Shown here in pieces: positions 18,457-31,159 of a DNA stretch of 64,000 nt. Source of the stretch: a virus. Lineage: Duplodnaviria; Caudoviricetes. A model generated the notes under the pieces. The model was not told the origin of the DNA, ran no database searches, and saw only the letters and a program-made list of their open reading frames with translations. The stretch lies in the IMG/VR virus record IMGVR_UViG_3300014039_000013, positions 96,404 to 160,403 of that record; one strand, 5' to 3'. The position numbers were made by a program, and so were the translations under genes. Within the stretch, counting starts at the first letter, position 1, and each line of letters opens with the position of its first letter.

Positions 18457-21192
18457 ATGGCAAAAAAAGAAAAAACTAAAAGAAGTAAATCATTTACTGA
18501 TTTATTAAATCAACTTGTTGAATCTCGTTAGAATAGAAATGTTGATTTAGAAGAAAAGAGAGACGCTATTAGAAATCCAGTTGAGGATTTACCACAAATA
18601 GCAAAAAGTGAACTTTAGAATGAAGCAAATTCTAGAACTGTAATTAATAATACAAGCAATTGGAGTATTCAAACTAACGAATATGGATATCCTTATGTTT
18701 ATTCTGAAGATTTTCAAGAAGCAATACCAGAAGAATTTTTAAATGATGTATTAGAAAAAGTTCCACAATTAAAATAGGGCTATTAGAATATACGAGCTGT
18801 ATATGAACAAAATGCACATCCAACAGTAATAACACAAGGTGAAGATCATTCTAATGATACTCCTTATCAATAGAAAATGCGTGAACAAAATAATAGATAT
18901 TGGGCAAGACAATATGAACAAAACACAGGAGCAGAAGCTCTTAGCGGATTGTTGGCTCCACTTATGCCATCATAGTGGGTTTCTGCAATATCTAGAGGTA
19001 TACAAGATAAATCTTTTTTATCTGCATTAGAAGGCTTATATACAGGTCATGGATTTAAAGATTTAAATAGTTCTGCATTACAAGGAGATTTAGGTACTGC
19101 GGCAAATTTTGTATTTGATATTCTTGGTCCAGTAGCTGTAGGTAAAGTTTTAAAAGGATCAATGTCTGTAACAGATGGTATAGCTTAGGCTTTAAAAAAT
19201 AGTAATATAGTAAATCAAATAAAGTTAGGTACAAAATATGCAAGATAGCTTGGATATTTAGGAATGAATATGCCGCTTCATATATTAAAACCAGAAGAGG
19301 CATTTCAATTAGTTAAATAGGGTGTTAATGATAAAGATGTATTAGATTATATAAACACATTATCAGATGATGTAATTGCAAAAGCAGCAAAAGATGCTAA
19401 ATTTACTAAAAAAAGTATTGTAAATTTTGGTACACACAGTGCCAGTGATAGAGTCGCTAATGCTTTGGCAATTAACAAAGCTAAATATCCAATAACCGAA
19501 ACTCCTATTAGAGATTTAGCAGAATTAAAGAAACAAATTGCAAGTTTAGAATCTAAAGCCAAAACCACAAAATTAACAAGATCAGAAAAAAGTTAGCTTG
19601 AAAAATTAAAAACGCAAGTTTAGCAAATACGTGGTTTAAAAAGAACTAATGCTAAAAATAATTTAACGGACGAATAGTTAATAGATAGTTTTAACAAAAA
19701 TCCAGAAGATCCAATAGCATTACAACTTATTAAAGATAAAAATTTATATCCATTAGTATAGAGTAGAGATATTTATACTAAATTAGCAACTGGAAAAAGA
19801 ATAACAGAAGCAGAAAGACAACTTATTAAATATGAAGATCTTACTGAAAAAGAATTATAGAATTTAAAAACACTTGATTACAAAAATGGATTTAATAGTG
19901 CTGGTATAGATGAAGCTATAGCAAAAAAACAATCTATTGTTAATTAGCCTACAACGCCTGGATCTACACCTAACTCTACTACAGCTTCAGAACCATCACC
20001 TACTGTTTAGCCAACCACAGAACCTGTAGCTAATCCAGTTATTGAACCACTGTCAGTTAATAATCCAACATCAACAGCCCCAGAACCTGTAGCTGTTCAA
20101 GAACCAACAAACCCCACAGAATATACTTTTATAATTGATACTCCTACAAGAAGCATTAAACTTAATGTATCAGATCCTAACTCAACTAAAGCATTTGATG
20201 AATTTGGAAACGAATATGGAGTTGTATGGTAGAAAAACGAATACGGAGAGCTAACACCTAAATTAACAGGTGAAGTTAAAATAGATAAAAGTCAATACAA
20301 TAGGTTATTTTCGACAAATCCAAATGTTGATTTATCTTCTGGGGAAGTTAGAATGGTTGAAGGAGAAAGTAGAAATAAATTTACACATCCGCAAGATTTC
20401 TTTACAAAACCAAAGAAAAATAAGAGAGGCAAAATTGGAACTTACTTTCTTGGAGAAAAAGCTAGACCACAAAAAGTAAAACCTACACTAGTAGAATACG
20501 GTGACGAACTTTATAATTTATACTCTAATGTTGATATACCAGAACACACCAAAACTATTAATTGGTGGACAACTGCTCCAGCATTAGGTGGAACTGGTTA
20601 TGGATTGTATTCTTTAGGTGATTGGATTTTTGGAAAAGATACACCAGAAGAAAAAGCAGCAAAGTTAAAACAAGAAGCACAAGAGAAAAAAGCCGATATA
20701 CAAGAAGCAATACAAAGTGCACGCATACCAATTTATGATTTTGAAGGAGAATTAGCTGATACAGTATCAATTAATATTAATGGTAAACCACAAATTTATG
20801 CTATAAAACCTACAAATAAAATTGATCCAGAGTACCATCCCGATTCAAATATTTGGTCTGGTATTCCAATTACTATTGATAAAGATGGTATTGGGCATAT
20901 TAGGAGTGATGAACCAACATTCTTTACTAAGAAATATGGAAAATGGATTCAAGTAAACAGTGCTCATGATTTAGCAACTCCAGATTAGTTTTAGCAAGTT
21001 AATGACACAACAAATATGGATAATAGTTTACCAGCTGTTAGTATGCCAAGTTAGCCATCAGAACAAACCCCAACTAGATAGTCTACTCCAGTTCAAAGAC
21101 AACAACCAGTTGAACAAAATACTGATCCAGATGATGATTATGTAAAAAATGATTTTTTAAAAACATTATTTAATAATACATATTATGTTTGA
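18457..21192 (+). CDS. ~911-aa putative virion cargo protein (TAG=Gln), 'A-type' N-terminus
   Basis: Start, the 20353-20988 fragment and the final TGA share one frame under TAG read-through (interior only partly read codon by codon); P/T-rich linker. Confidence 0.75.
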
Positions 21193-21871
21193 TACTCCAT
21201 TTGTTACATACGACCCATTTGCCACATATAATCAAGTTGATCCACCGCAAATAGATTATAAAGAATCAAATTACCAACTATAGTCTTTGATTGACAATTT
21301 AAAAAATCTTGATTTTAATAAAAGATTAGACGTAGATGATTTGCCTCAAATTGAGAATAATCATGAGGTTAAAAATGATGAATATAATATCCAAAATAAT
21401 ACGTCTGACGATAAAGATACTACACAAGCAAATACAGAAACAAAACCTAATAACAAAAAAGCTCAATTGGAATCTGTATTAGATGCTTAGGGAATTACAG
21501 GGTAGAAAAAAACAACATTACTAAAAATTGCAAAAATCGAATCTGGATATAATCCTAAATCATAGGCTAAGGGTTCTTCCGCTTGTGGATTATTTGGTTT
21601 TATTAATAGTACCAGAAAGCAATTTAGTAATTTAAGTAGAAAAGACTTTTTAAATGATATAGATGAACAAGTTAGGTGTGCATCACAGCTTTATGAAGCT
21701 CAAAAATAGTTTTTAATAAGAAAAGGATTTAATCCATCTCCAGAGGCGATCGCATTAAGTTGGTTTAGTCCAAAATGGGCAATAACATATTTAAAAAATG
21801 GAGTTGATGAAGGTAAGGATATATTTGGAACTACACCTAGTAAATATTTAAAAAAATTCAGAGAAGCATGA
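21185..21871 (+). CDS. Lytic transglycosylase (SLT) domain protein (TAG=Gln)
   Basis: IAKIESGYNPKS...SSACGLFGF. Confidence 0.8.
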
Positions 21872-22434
21872 CAATGACTTAGTATGATAGAGTGTATTAG
21901 GACGTAAACGCTAGAATCGATACATTATTACCATTATTTAAAAGATTAAAATCATAGTACAAATTGTCTGACACATAGGCAATGGGGTTATTAACTAATA
22001 TAGCGGCAGAATCTGGCGGAAATCCAAATGCAAGAAATGGTCAGTATTTTGGATATACTTAGTTATCTCCTATGCAAGTTGATTTTATTAAAAAATACTA
22101 TGGTAGTACAAACGAACATGCATAGTTAAGATATTTAACAGACGGTATGCGCGGAAAGATTAAAACAAATGATAATAATATTAATTATGAATTAAAAATG
22201 TTGCAAAAGCTTAATAAAAATTATACAGATTCATTATCTTTTGCAAGAGATTTTCATAAGTATCATGAAAGAAGCGGAAGTCAAGATTGGCCAAAACGAC
22301 AATTGTATAATAAAGCATTAAGAGAAATATTTAAAAATAAATTTCATATTAATGTTGCCTCTAATTTATTTAATCCTAATATAGATTTATATAATCAAAA
22401 TATAGATTTAAATGAGCAAAACTATCTCACCTGA
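21868..22434 (+). CDS. Phage tail lysozyme-like protein (TAG=Gln)
   Basis: AMGLLTNIAAESGGNP...FGYT(Q)L...FHKYHERS. Confidence 0.7.
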
Positions 22435-23857
22435 AGAAGTTATTAAAAATGGATATTCGTTTATAAAAACTACAGACGGAAGACTTGTTTTAGTAGATAA
22501 GGATTACAATATTTTAATTAATGATGTTTAGAACCAACCTTAGCTACATGATTGGATAGATTTACATAAATTGTGGAATCATCCAGAAGGATTAGTTGCA
22601 ACGCATAATTATAATCATATTCGTAATTCTGAAGGAATGAAAGCAATTGATGATGCTGTAAGGTGGGGAGGAAATACGGCTGGGCTATTCGCTACAACAG
22701 TAGCATTAGCTCCAACTGCTCTTACGAGTGTTGTTACATATACCCCTATAATTGGATAGAAGTTTGTAAAACCATTTTTAAAATCAATGGATTATTTATT
22801 TAATCCAACAACATATCATGGCGGTTTGCTTTCTAGTGCGGTTGCTGCTAATGAAATTAATAATTTTAAGAATAATCCAAATATTGAAAATGGTGTTTAT
22901 GCTGGATTATCGTTATTGCCATTTTATCCAGCAGTAAGATCTGCCATTTCTAAAACAACAAATACAGCAAAAGATTTATATGAATTATTAAAATATAATC
23001 CTACATCTAAATTAACTTATCAACCAAGTATAACAACTTTTACACCAAATCCTAGTATATATTATAAATCTATTTCCGTTGGTAATACATATTGGCCAAA
23101 ACAGAAAGATATATTTAAATACAATGCTTATTTAGATTCTTACTTTTATACGGATAAAGTTAAAGCTTTAATTAAATAGTTTGAATTAGATGGAAACTTA
23201 AAAACATTATAGTAGTCGTTAAAAACTCTTCCAGAAAAAGATGCAGAATAGTTAAGAATGTTTTTAAAGACATATAATTTTTAGCACGACAAAGTACCTT
23301 ATTATGATTCATTAGACAAATTATTAAGCGATCATCCTAGTTTAAGAAGATCGTATGATAGTTCTCCACGTAGTTCAAAACAAGATATTAATCGAGCTGC
23401 TGGAGTTGTAATTGATAATGGAGAAGATTATGCTGTTTTAATTAGAGAGGATAGCTAGATCGATCATGAATACGAACATATGCTTCAAAGAAAAAGATAG
23501 AATCAAAATGGTCCATATCTTGAAGAACAAGTAAATCTTTTACAATCTGCTTATAAACATACAGATGGAGATCCAATAACATCATTAACTGATGAAAAAG
23601 GTGCTGTAAATTAGCAATTAAGAACTTCTATTATTAATTAGTTTGAATAGGAATTTAATAGACATCCAACTGTTGAAGAATATTAGAGATATGTAGATTC
23701 AATACCAGACGATTATTTAAATGCAATGCTGAATACTGATACAAATGATTATGGAATGCAATATTCTAGTAATAATTCTGATATTGGATTAATAAAACAA
23801 GCATTAAAATATATTGGAATTTCATCTGTTCCATTAGTATTTAAAAATAAAGAATAA
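22412..23857 (+). CDS. 481-aa protein, 'B-type' N-terminus + zincin-like HExxH domain (TAG=Gln)
   Basis: Joins track fragments 22571 and 22787; DHEYEHML near 23461-23485. Confidence 0.7.
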
Positions 23858-23860
23858 TAA

Positions 23861-23896
23861 AAAAGCTCGGCTATTTCTAGTCGAGCTTTATTTTTT
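23861..23896. terminator. Bidirectional terminator between convergent arrays
   Basis: AAAGCTCGGCTA-TTTC-TAGTCGAGCTTT flanked by A/T runs. Confidence 0.8.
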
Positions 23897-24515
23897 ATAT
23901 ATATCTACGTATGTTTTCTATTTTCATTTTTGGTAATTTTCTTTCAACAACACCAGATTTTTTATTTGCGGCGTCTATAATATAAATCTAACCGTTTGAA
24001 TCAATCTTACTTACTAATCCAATATGCTTACCACTTGATGATGCGTTAGAAGCAAATTGGATTATATCTCCTTTTTGGACATCATTAAAATTAATTTTAT
24101 CTCCAGATTTTCCTTGCTATGCAGCTGTTCTTGGAACATTTATTCCAGCAGATGCAAACACTGTTTGAATCAATCCACTACAATCAAATCCATTTTCCGA
24201 AGTTCCTCCCCAACGATAAGGTGTACCAATGTAACTTCTAGCTTTACTGATGATTTTGTCAACAACATTATTAGGTGTATACACAGTAGGATTAGATAAT
24301 TCTCTCTAAGTTACTGGAACAGGTAGCTCTGTAGTATAAGAAGCTACATCATAATCGCTTGGTTTTAATATAGTTGGTAAGTGTTCAGTATCATTATTAT
24401 CATAATTTAAATAATCAAAAATACTTAATTGCTACGAACTTGGATTATATAAAGATTGTATTGTTGGAAGCGATTGTTGGAAATAAGGAGAATAAGAAAT
24501 ATAATTATTCTGCAT
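23895..24515 (-). CDS. NlpC/P60 peptidoglycan peptidase (TAG=Gln), absent from ORF track
   Basis: YIGTPYRWGG...GFDCSGL...PRTAA(Q)Q...GDII...HIG. Confidence 0.88.
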
Positions 24516-27500
24516 ATAAATCAAACATATAATTTATAATAACATCAATTTCGTCATCTGTAAAATTTTGATCTTTTAATTTATTTTTTAAATAATCTTC
24601 TGTTTTAAAATTATGTCCGTGTGATTTTTCATTTGCTTCATTAAACATATCTTGTAATGGTAATGACTCTATATTTTTATTTTTTAATAAAGTAGCATAA
24701 TTCTATGCATCTTCATTTATCACGCCTTTATGTAATTTACGTTTTAACGATCGATACCCTACCATACCAAGACCTCCTAACATACCAAGACCAAAACCAA
24801 TAGTTGGCGTCATAATTGCTGCGTTCACAAAATTATTTTTTAAATTACTTGTATTATGTATTCCACTAAGATATAAATTTCTCCAAGTATTTGATTGTCT
24901 TGATAATATATTTTGCGCAGACTAAACGTCATATGATGGGAAATATAAGCCAGTAGAAGGTTCGGTTGCTTTAGATTGATAATTTCTCAATAATTCTTGA
25001 AATTCTTGGGAATAATTTGGTGAAGTGAATAGTTTTACTCTATCAATGACCTAATCATTAGATTTTGTGTGTGCTATTGTTGGTATATCCCACTTATTAG
25101 AAAATGTTAAACCTACTTCTGGTGTCCAACCTTTCTATATTAAATATTTAGTTGGATCATTCTAAATATCTAGCATGCCAACATAAGACCCACCATATGC
25201 CCCTACGCCTCTATTTGTTGCCATAGATCTCCATAATCCTAAATTACTTGATTGTGATGCATTAAAAACACTTTTTGGATCTGAATAATATTCAGATCCA
25301 AAATTGTTTTTATTAGTAACACGTTTTACTTGATCCACAAATTCATTTAATGTTAAATTGTCATCATATGACAATCTACCAATACGAACGGAACGGAATG
25401 GGAAATTATCACCAAATGCTGTAATACCACCACTAGTGTGATTCTGTCCTACACCAGAACCAGTTCCACCTCCATACTAAATATTTTCAGTAAACCCTCT
25501 TAATAATTCTTCATTTGTTAAATCTCTGCCAACATATGGAGAATATCTACCTTGTGCTCGTAATCCATAAAAATTATTCATATAATATACATCAAATATA
25601 TTCTACATTTGTTTTGGATTTTTAGCAATTTCATTTATTTGGTTTTCTGTAAAATATTGTTTTGCTGAATTTTCATTTATAACTTCTTGTAAAAATTTTT
25701 TATTAGCTTCAACGTCATCAAATCCTGTAATTTGTGCAGACGGACGTTTCCATGTTGAGCCAAATAAAGATTTTCCTTTTGTTAGAATTGCAGATTCAAT
25801 AGCAGACTACTGTTCTGGCATGGTTAATAAATTATAAGCTCTATATCCTTGTTTCGCGTTTGCTGGATTTTGTGCACTTAAGTTTGCGCCCATAAATAAA
25901 ACATCAGACAAATGAACTTTTGCAACATTATCTCCTTGTCTAAGTTCCTAAAATAACTATTCAGCAGATACTGGAAGAGGTATATCGTAAGTAGTAATTT
26001 CGTTTAATTCATTAGCTTTATATAACCTATTTGCTTCTTCTGGATGTAATACAGAATATATCTAATGTGCTAGTTTACCAACGGCCTATCCATTTTCGTT
26101 TTCTTGAATTATATCAAAATCAACGCCATTTGTGTTGCCCTGGGCAAATTCAGAAACTCCTTTTTCATCGCCAAGACCATTTGTTCCAGTTTGCTAAAAA
26201 TGTATATTAGATTTTGCTTTATTTAATCTAGCAGCAGTAGTTATAATTTCTGTATCATTATTAACTTGGTTTTGAATAAAGCCCCTTCCGACACCAACAG
26301 TTGATCCTGTAACTAGCCCCTCACCATTTAAGGTTTTATTCAGGCTACTTTCGTAATTTCTAACAGCTTTTATGATTTCTGGATTTGAAAATCTTGACTA
26401 ATATAATCTTCTAGTTATTTTTGTGGATATAGTTATCGGTTTATCTTTTACAAGTAAAAAATTATAAGGAGCTTCCCCTATTTTTAATTCAATATTCTAG
26501 AGATTTTCTGGAGTTTGTAACATAACTGCACCACCACTTACATTACTTGTAGTATTTCCAAATTTTACTTCAAAATTTGGTACAACCATATCAACATACA
26601 CTGGCTCTGGTTGTTTATTAAATTCTGGATGATGTAATATTTCCTGTTCTGATTTATATAAATCAGGAAATAAAATTTTCTTTTCGTCATCTTTAGAAAA
26701 ATAACCATCAGAATATTTTTTGTCTCTTAAACGAGTAGTTAGATTATTCCAAGATTTTTTAGGTCCATACTAAAATAAATATCTCATATTAGTCCATCTT
26801 TCAGGGATTACATTTTCACCAAGCCACTATCCAGCTTTTTTAGCTGTATTATATACACCCTTATATGTTTTACTAGGAATACCAAAAAACGGTGTTGCCG
26901 CCAATGCAAAATTGGCAACCGCCGCAGCCTTTCCGTCATTTATATTAAATGCGTGTTTTAATTGATCCCATCCTTCTGCTGTATAATAACTAAACTACGC
27001 ACCATTAGCAGCTGCTCCCCAACCCGTGTTTGCAAACAAAAGAGGATACTTATATCCTTGCGTCATTAAAGATGGTGTGGTTCTTGTAAATAAAGTTTCT
27101 GCCAATGTTCCTAAATTAGTATTTGGTAAAACTCTATCAACTAAAAACTATGTTCCTTTTTGTGCAGCATTTGTTGCTTGACCAAGACCAAATCCACCTA
27201 ATGCAAATTCAGCAGCAACTGGAGCTGTTGCTACCGCTGCGAGACCCAATGCTGCTGCATCACCACCTTGTCTCATATCATCTCTAACTTGTTGTATAGC
27301 ATCCTTATGTGCAACAGTTGCTCTCTAGCTACTTTGAGTAAAATTTTCAGCTTTATCCCAAAGATTATTTTTATCTATCCACTATGTTAAAAATGGAGAT
27401 CTCTATACATTTGGAACTATAACTTTATAACCATTGTTTTTGTCAACAAGTTGCAACTTACCATCTTGATTAGTTAAAAACGTGTATCCATATTTTAATA

Positions 27501-27714
27501 CATCATCCGCATTAACAGCTAAATGCCCATTTGAGTTTCTATACTATCCAGGAGACCATTTTCTATCTACTGTTACAGAAGCCTCATTAAGTTTAGTAGG
27601 GTTTTGTTCTGAAGCTAAATCTATAACCATATCATTAGCTTGTTGTTCTAATCGCTAGCCAAGCTACTACATCTACTATAAATACGGATTATCTTTTATT
27701 TCGTCGTCATTCAT
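24505..27714 (-). CDS. ~1069-aa putative cargo protein, 'B-type' N-terminus, possible nucleotidyltransferase domain (TAG=Gln)
   Basis: Start, 25162 fragment and stop share one frame with read-through; five TAG in first 20 codons; LVTGS...NDTEII...VDFDII. Confidence 0.7.
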
Positions 27715-29113
27715 TTTGTTTTAATATTTGTATTGGTAATGTTGAAAATAAAGTGCCAGTTAACGCTTTCCAAACATACGGCATTGATTCTTCATCTAAT
27801 TTAAGATAATTTATTAATCCAGATTTAGGACTATTTTTAGGATAACTTTTTATTATTTGTAATGCTTGTTCATATCCAGGATATTCTTGTCCTATTTTTA
27901 ATCCTAAATCTTTTCCTATATCTCTAGTATTCATTACTGCTTCAACAGGGGTAACAGATAGATCAAAATCTCCATAATAAGAATTTGGTTTAAATATTTT
28001 AGAGCTTTTCGTTTTTAAAAATCGATGTTCTTTCATACCTAATTTTGGATCGCTTGCCATCAAAGATTCAGATACGTTTCCATGTTTGAAAGAATGCCCG
28101 TGCTCGTGTGCGCTAACATACTATGGACTCATATTTGAACCAAGATTATATGTAATATCACCATTGCCGTCAGCACTTCCTCCAATATCACTTTTTGGAT
28201 CATAATATGTTGTTACTTTATATTTCTAATTGAATTCTGGTTTTTCGTAAGTTGGAGTATAATGTAATCCCATCTATTCAGCTTCAATGACATTTTGTTC
28301 AGCAGCCTATCTATATGCAGAACTATTTATCCAATCTACCGTTTCTTGTCGTCCCTATCTTATTAAATCAGACAAATTACCTGTTTCCCACTATTTTGTT
28401 TCTGGATTAAATAAATATGGATAACCATTTTCAGACCACGATTTACTTAGATATTTTCCATTAAATGTTGGAGTGTCCAATTTTGTTACACTAAACATAT
28501 TTCTTTTTGGATTAATACTATAAATTAATCTTTTAGGAACTTTTATAACTTTATTTCCAAGAATCATAAATGTTAAATCTGTCGTCAAACCAGCAATCTA
28601 TCTATTTTTAACAGGCTAATCAGTAGCAGTAAAAATTCGTTCTGCAACATATCCTGGTCTAGTAACATTTAAAACTGTGTTAAAATTTTGTTTACCAGAC
28701 TAATAATAATCATTTGATTTTTGCTATTGATAAAATTGTTCTCTCTAAAAATCGTTATGATTATCTCCATCAGATGATGAAACATACGATGTATTAAACA
28801 ATGCTTTATCAGCATCGTCTTTTGCCTAATGCCACATATCATATAATTTCGAGTGCTCCGATAATACATCATCAAGATATTTATCTGGCACTTCTTCATT
28901 ATCATTCATAACAACTCCAACAGGATAACCAATTTGATTAAATTTAATAGTATAAACTGAACCCTTTAACCAATGATTTAAATCCTATGTTGTTTGTGCT
29001 GCTTCTGGATTATTATTTATAAATTCCTATGAATCTGTTAATCTTATGGCATCCCGCGGTTGTTCTAAAGTTTTAGTACGAAATTTTATTTTTGTTTTCT
29101 TTTTATTTACCAT
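27707..29113 (-). CDS. 468-aa protein, 'A-type' N-terminus + zincin-like HExxH domain (TAG=Gln)
   Basis: Joins fragments 28391 and 27707; VSAHEHGHS and downstream PVEAVM. Confidence 0.72.
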
Positions 29114-30326
29114 TTATTTTTAAACTATTTAAATATTTTCTCAAATAATCATAATTTAAGTCTTGATATCTACCTGCTCTATCGCTATACATCCAACCAG
29201 TGCCTAATTCATTAGGTATAAGTTCTGTATAATTACCTTTAGGAGTAATTGTTATTGATGGTAATTGATAAGCACCATTATACATAGCTTTTGTGTTACC
29301 ATTATTATAATATAAATCTGAACCTAAATAATCTAGTACTCTATCTGTATTATTAGGTACAGCTTGTCTTGCAGACATGTTAAACACCCTATCATTATTT
29401 AACCAAGAATTAATACCTAAATCAGGATAAGTAGGATGGCTAGGTTTCTTATAAGTACCACTTTTTCCAGCATCTGGGAAATGTGCTTTACTTCCTTGTT
29501 CTATAGCTTTTAACTGTCTATATGCTTCAGTAGGATTATCATTGTAATATTTTTGATAATCATAATCATCCTTGTTTATATCTTGGTTGTTCCATGCTTT
29601 AGATAATCTAGTGGAGAAATCTTTATATGATTTTTTAAGTGGCCCTCCCTCTGCATATCCAACGACACCCCTTGCTCTTAACCTTTCTGGAGGAGTAACC
29701 TTCTCAGTATCATAAACAATTTTTCCAAATTGATTTCTATAAACACCCTCACCTATAGGGGTCAGATTAATAAAAGCAGGATCTGTTGTATTTGAGTCAG
29801 CATACACGTAATCACCCTTTCTTCTAACAGGACCACCTTCAGCATGTTTTGTTTTAGCCTTTTTTGCTTCTGCTTCTTCGGCCATCTTTTTCCTTGTTGT
29901 TTTTAAAGAGTCCGCTGTTGCCACCGCAGAACGATGTATAGCGATTGGACGATTCCAATAATAGGGAGCTGTACCTACAACACCTTGAGGTAGATTTGCT
30001 CCCTGCTGCCAAGGGTACACATTACTCAGAAAAGTAGGATAACCCTTATAATATGTTGTACTATTAGGTGCAAGGGGACCCTTACCAGAAAAGTAAGGCT
30101 GTTCATGTTGTGAATATAATTTTCTTAAAGTCTCCCAATATTCTTTAGTGGGTATGCCTGCTACTGTTGTAGGTTTTTTTGATTTAGTGGGAGATTTCTC
30201 TTCTGTCCCTTGTAAATTATCATATAAATTTTTACCTGTAATGACAGAGGAAGCATCATCTGGTACACCTACTAAAGATGCGTATCCGGGTAGCATTCCT
30301 ACTGCATCAAAAGCTAGTGAACTCAT
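29103..30326 (-). CDS. Hypothetical virion-type protein; in frame with 30381-30599 across one TGA
   Basis: ORF track; two AEGGP motifs; no TAG. Confidence 0.7.
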   Translation of the reverse strand: MSSLAFDAVGMLPGYASLVGVPDDASSVITGKNLYDNLQGTEEKSPTKSKKPTTVAGIPTKEYWETLRKLYSQHEQPYFSGKGPLAPNSTTYYKGYPTFLSNVYPWQQGANLPQGVVGTAPYYWNRPIAIHRSAVATADSLKTTRKKMAEEAEAKKAKTKHAEGGPVRRKGDYVYADSNTTDPAFINLTPIGEGVYRNQFGKIVYDTEKVTPPERLRARGVVGYAEGGPLKKSYKDFSTRLSKAWNNQDINKDDYDYQKYYNDNPTEAYRQLKAIEQGSKAHFPDAGKSGTYKKPSHPTYPDLGINSWLNNDRVFNMSARQAVPNNTDRVLDYLGSDLYYNNGNTKAMYNGAYQLPSITITPKGNYTELIPNELGTGWMYSDRAGRYQDLNYDYLRKYLNSLKINGK

Positions 30327-30380
30327 AGCACTGGTAGGGTCTTGCCCATTTCTATAAGCTTCTTTGGCTGTATATATATA

Positions 30381-30599
30381 TCAAATGCTAAATCGGGGAC
30401 CTATAGTCCAGGGAGTAGGGATCATTTGTAATGTACTTCCTACTACCGATGCGCCAGCTGCCATTCTTTGTGCATTTTCCCACTTTTCATCAAAGTCAAG
30501 AGTGCTTTCCGTTTGGTATTGTGCGTCTCTTGCTACCTGAGTTTCAGGTAACCCTACTATATCAATAGGAGGTATCTCTTGTATATATGTTCTACTCAT
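30381..30599 (-). pseudogene. Probable N-terminal fragment of the 29103-30326 gene
   Basis: Same frame; TGA next to a TA dinucleotide run. Confidence 0.5.
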
Positions 30600-31159
30600 T
30601 ATAATCTATCTATAAAATGTACAATATTTTTATCTTCTTTCATTTTTTGTGTAATAATAGGATTGTGTTTTTTAGCCCATTTCTTAATAGTACTAAACCA
30701 GTTCATTCTTTTAATATTCTGCCAGAATGAAAGATTTGAATAGAATGGGATATAAGTATAATCCATTATCTGAAATTTTTCATTTAATATAATTCTCCAA
30801 TTCTTTTTAATAGCAGCAAAAGAAATCTTAGCAAGGTAGGGAGGTAAAAACAAAAGTTCTTTTTCAAAGCATTCCTCATCCTTACTATTACCTTTTTCTA
30901 ATATTAATCTGATATGAAAATCTTGATAATCATCTAGTATTTCATATAGCATTTTAAATCTCTTATTAAAGTTTACTAAACCATGACATAATTCCCAATA
31001 TCCATCTTTAGTTCTGTGAACTCTAATATCAAGATATTTAACTCCTAAATCTTGCTGCTCTTTTATTGTCTTTGTTTGTGTTCTCCATAAAAAAGAAAAC
31101 AACTCATATATTTTATTTTTAGCTTTTAAATAAGTAAAGCTATCATGTGTTCCTATCAT
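30599..31159 (-). CDS. PI-PLC X-domain phosphodiesterase
   Basis: GTHDS, TQTKTIKEQ..LGVKYLDIRV, LCHG. Confidence 0.8.
   Translation of the reverse strand: MIGTHDSFTYLKAKNKIYELFSFLWRTQTKTIKEQQDLGVKYLDIRVHRTKDGYWELCHGLVNFNKRFKMLYEILDDYQDFHIRLILEKGNSKDEECFEKELLFLPPYLAKISFAAIKKNWRIILNEKFQIMDYTYIPFYSNLSFWQNIKRMNWFSTIKKWAKKHNPIITQKMKEDKNIVHFIDRL

Noticed and set aside
30381-30383. TGA recoding
   Set aside because: Single case; TGA is a true stop in many coupled genes (ATGA overlaps), and local indels explain it better
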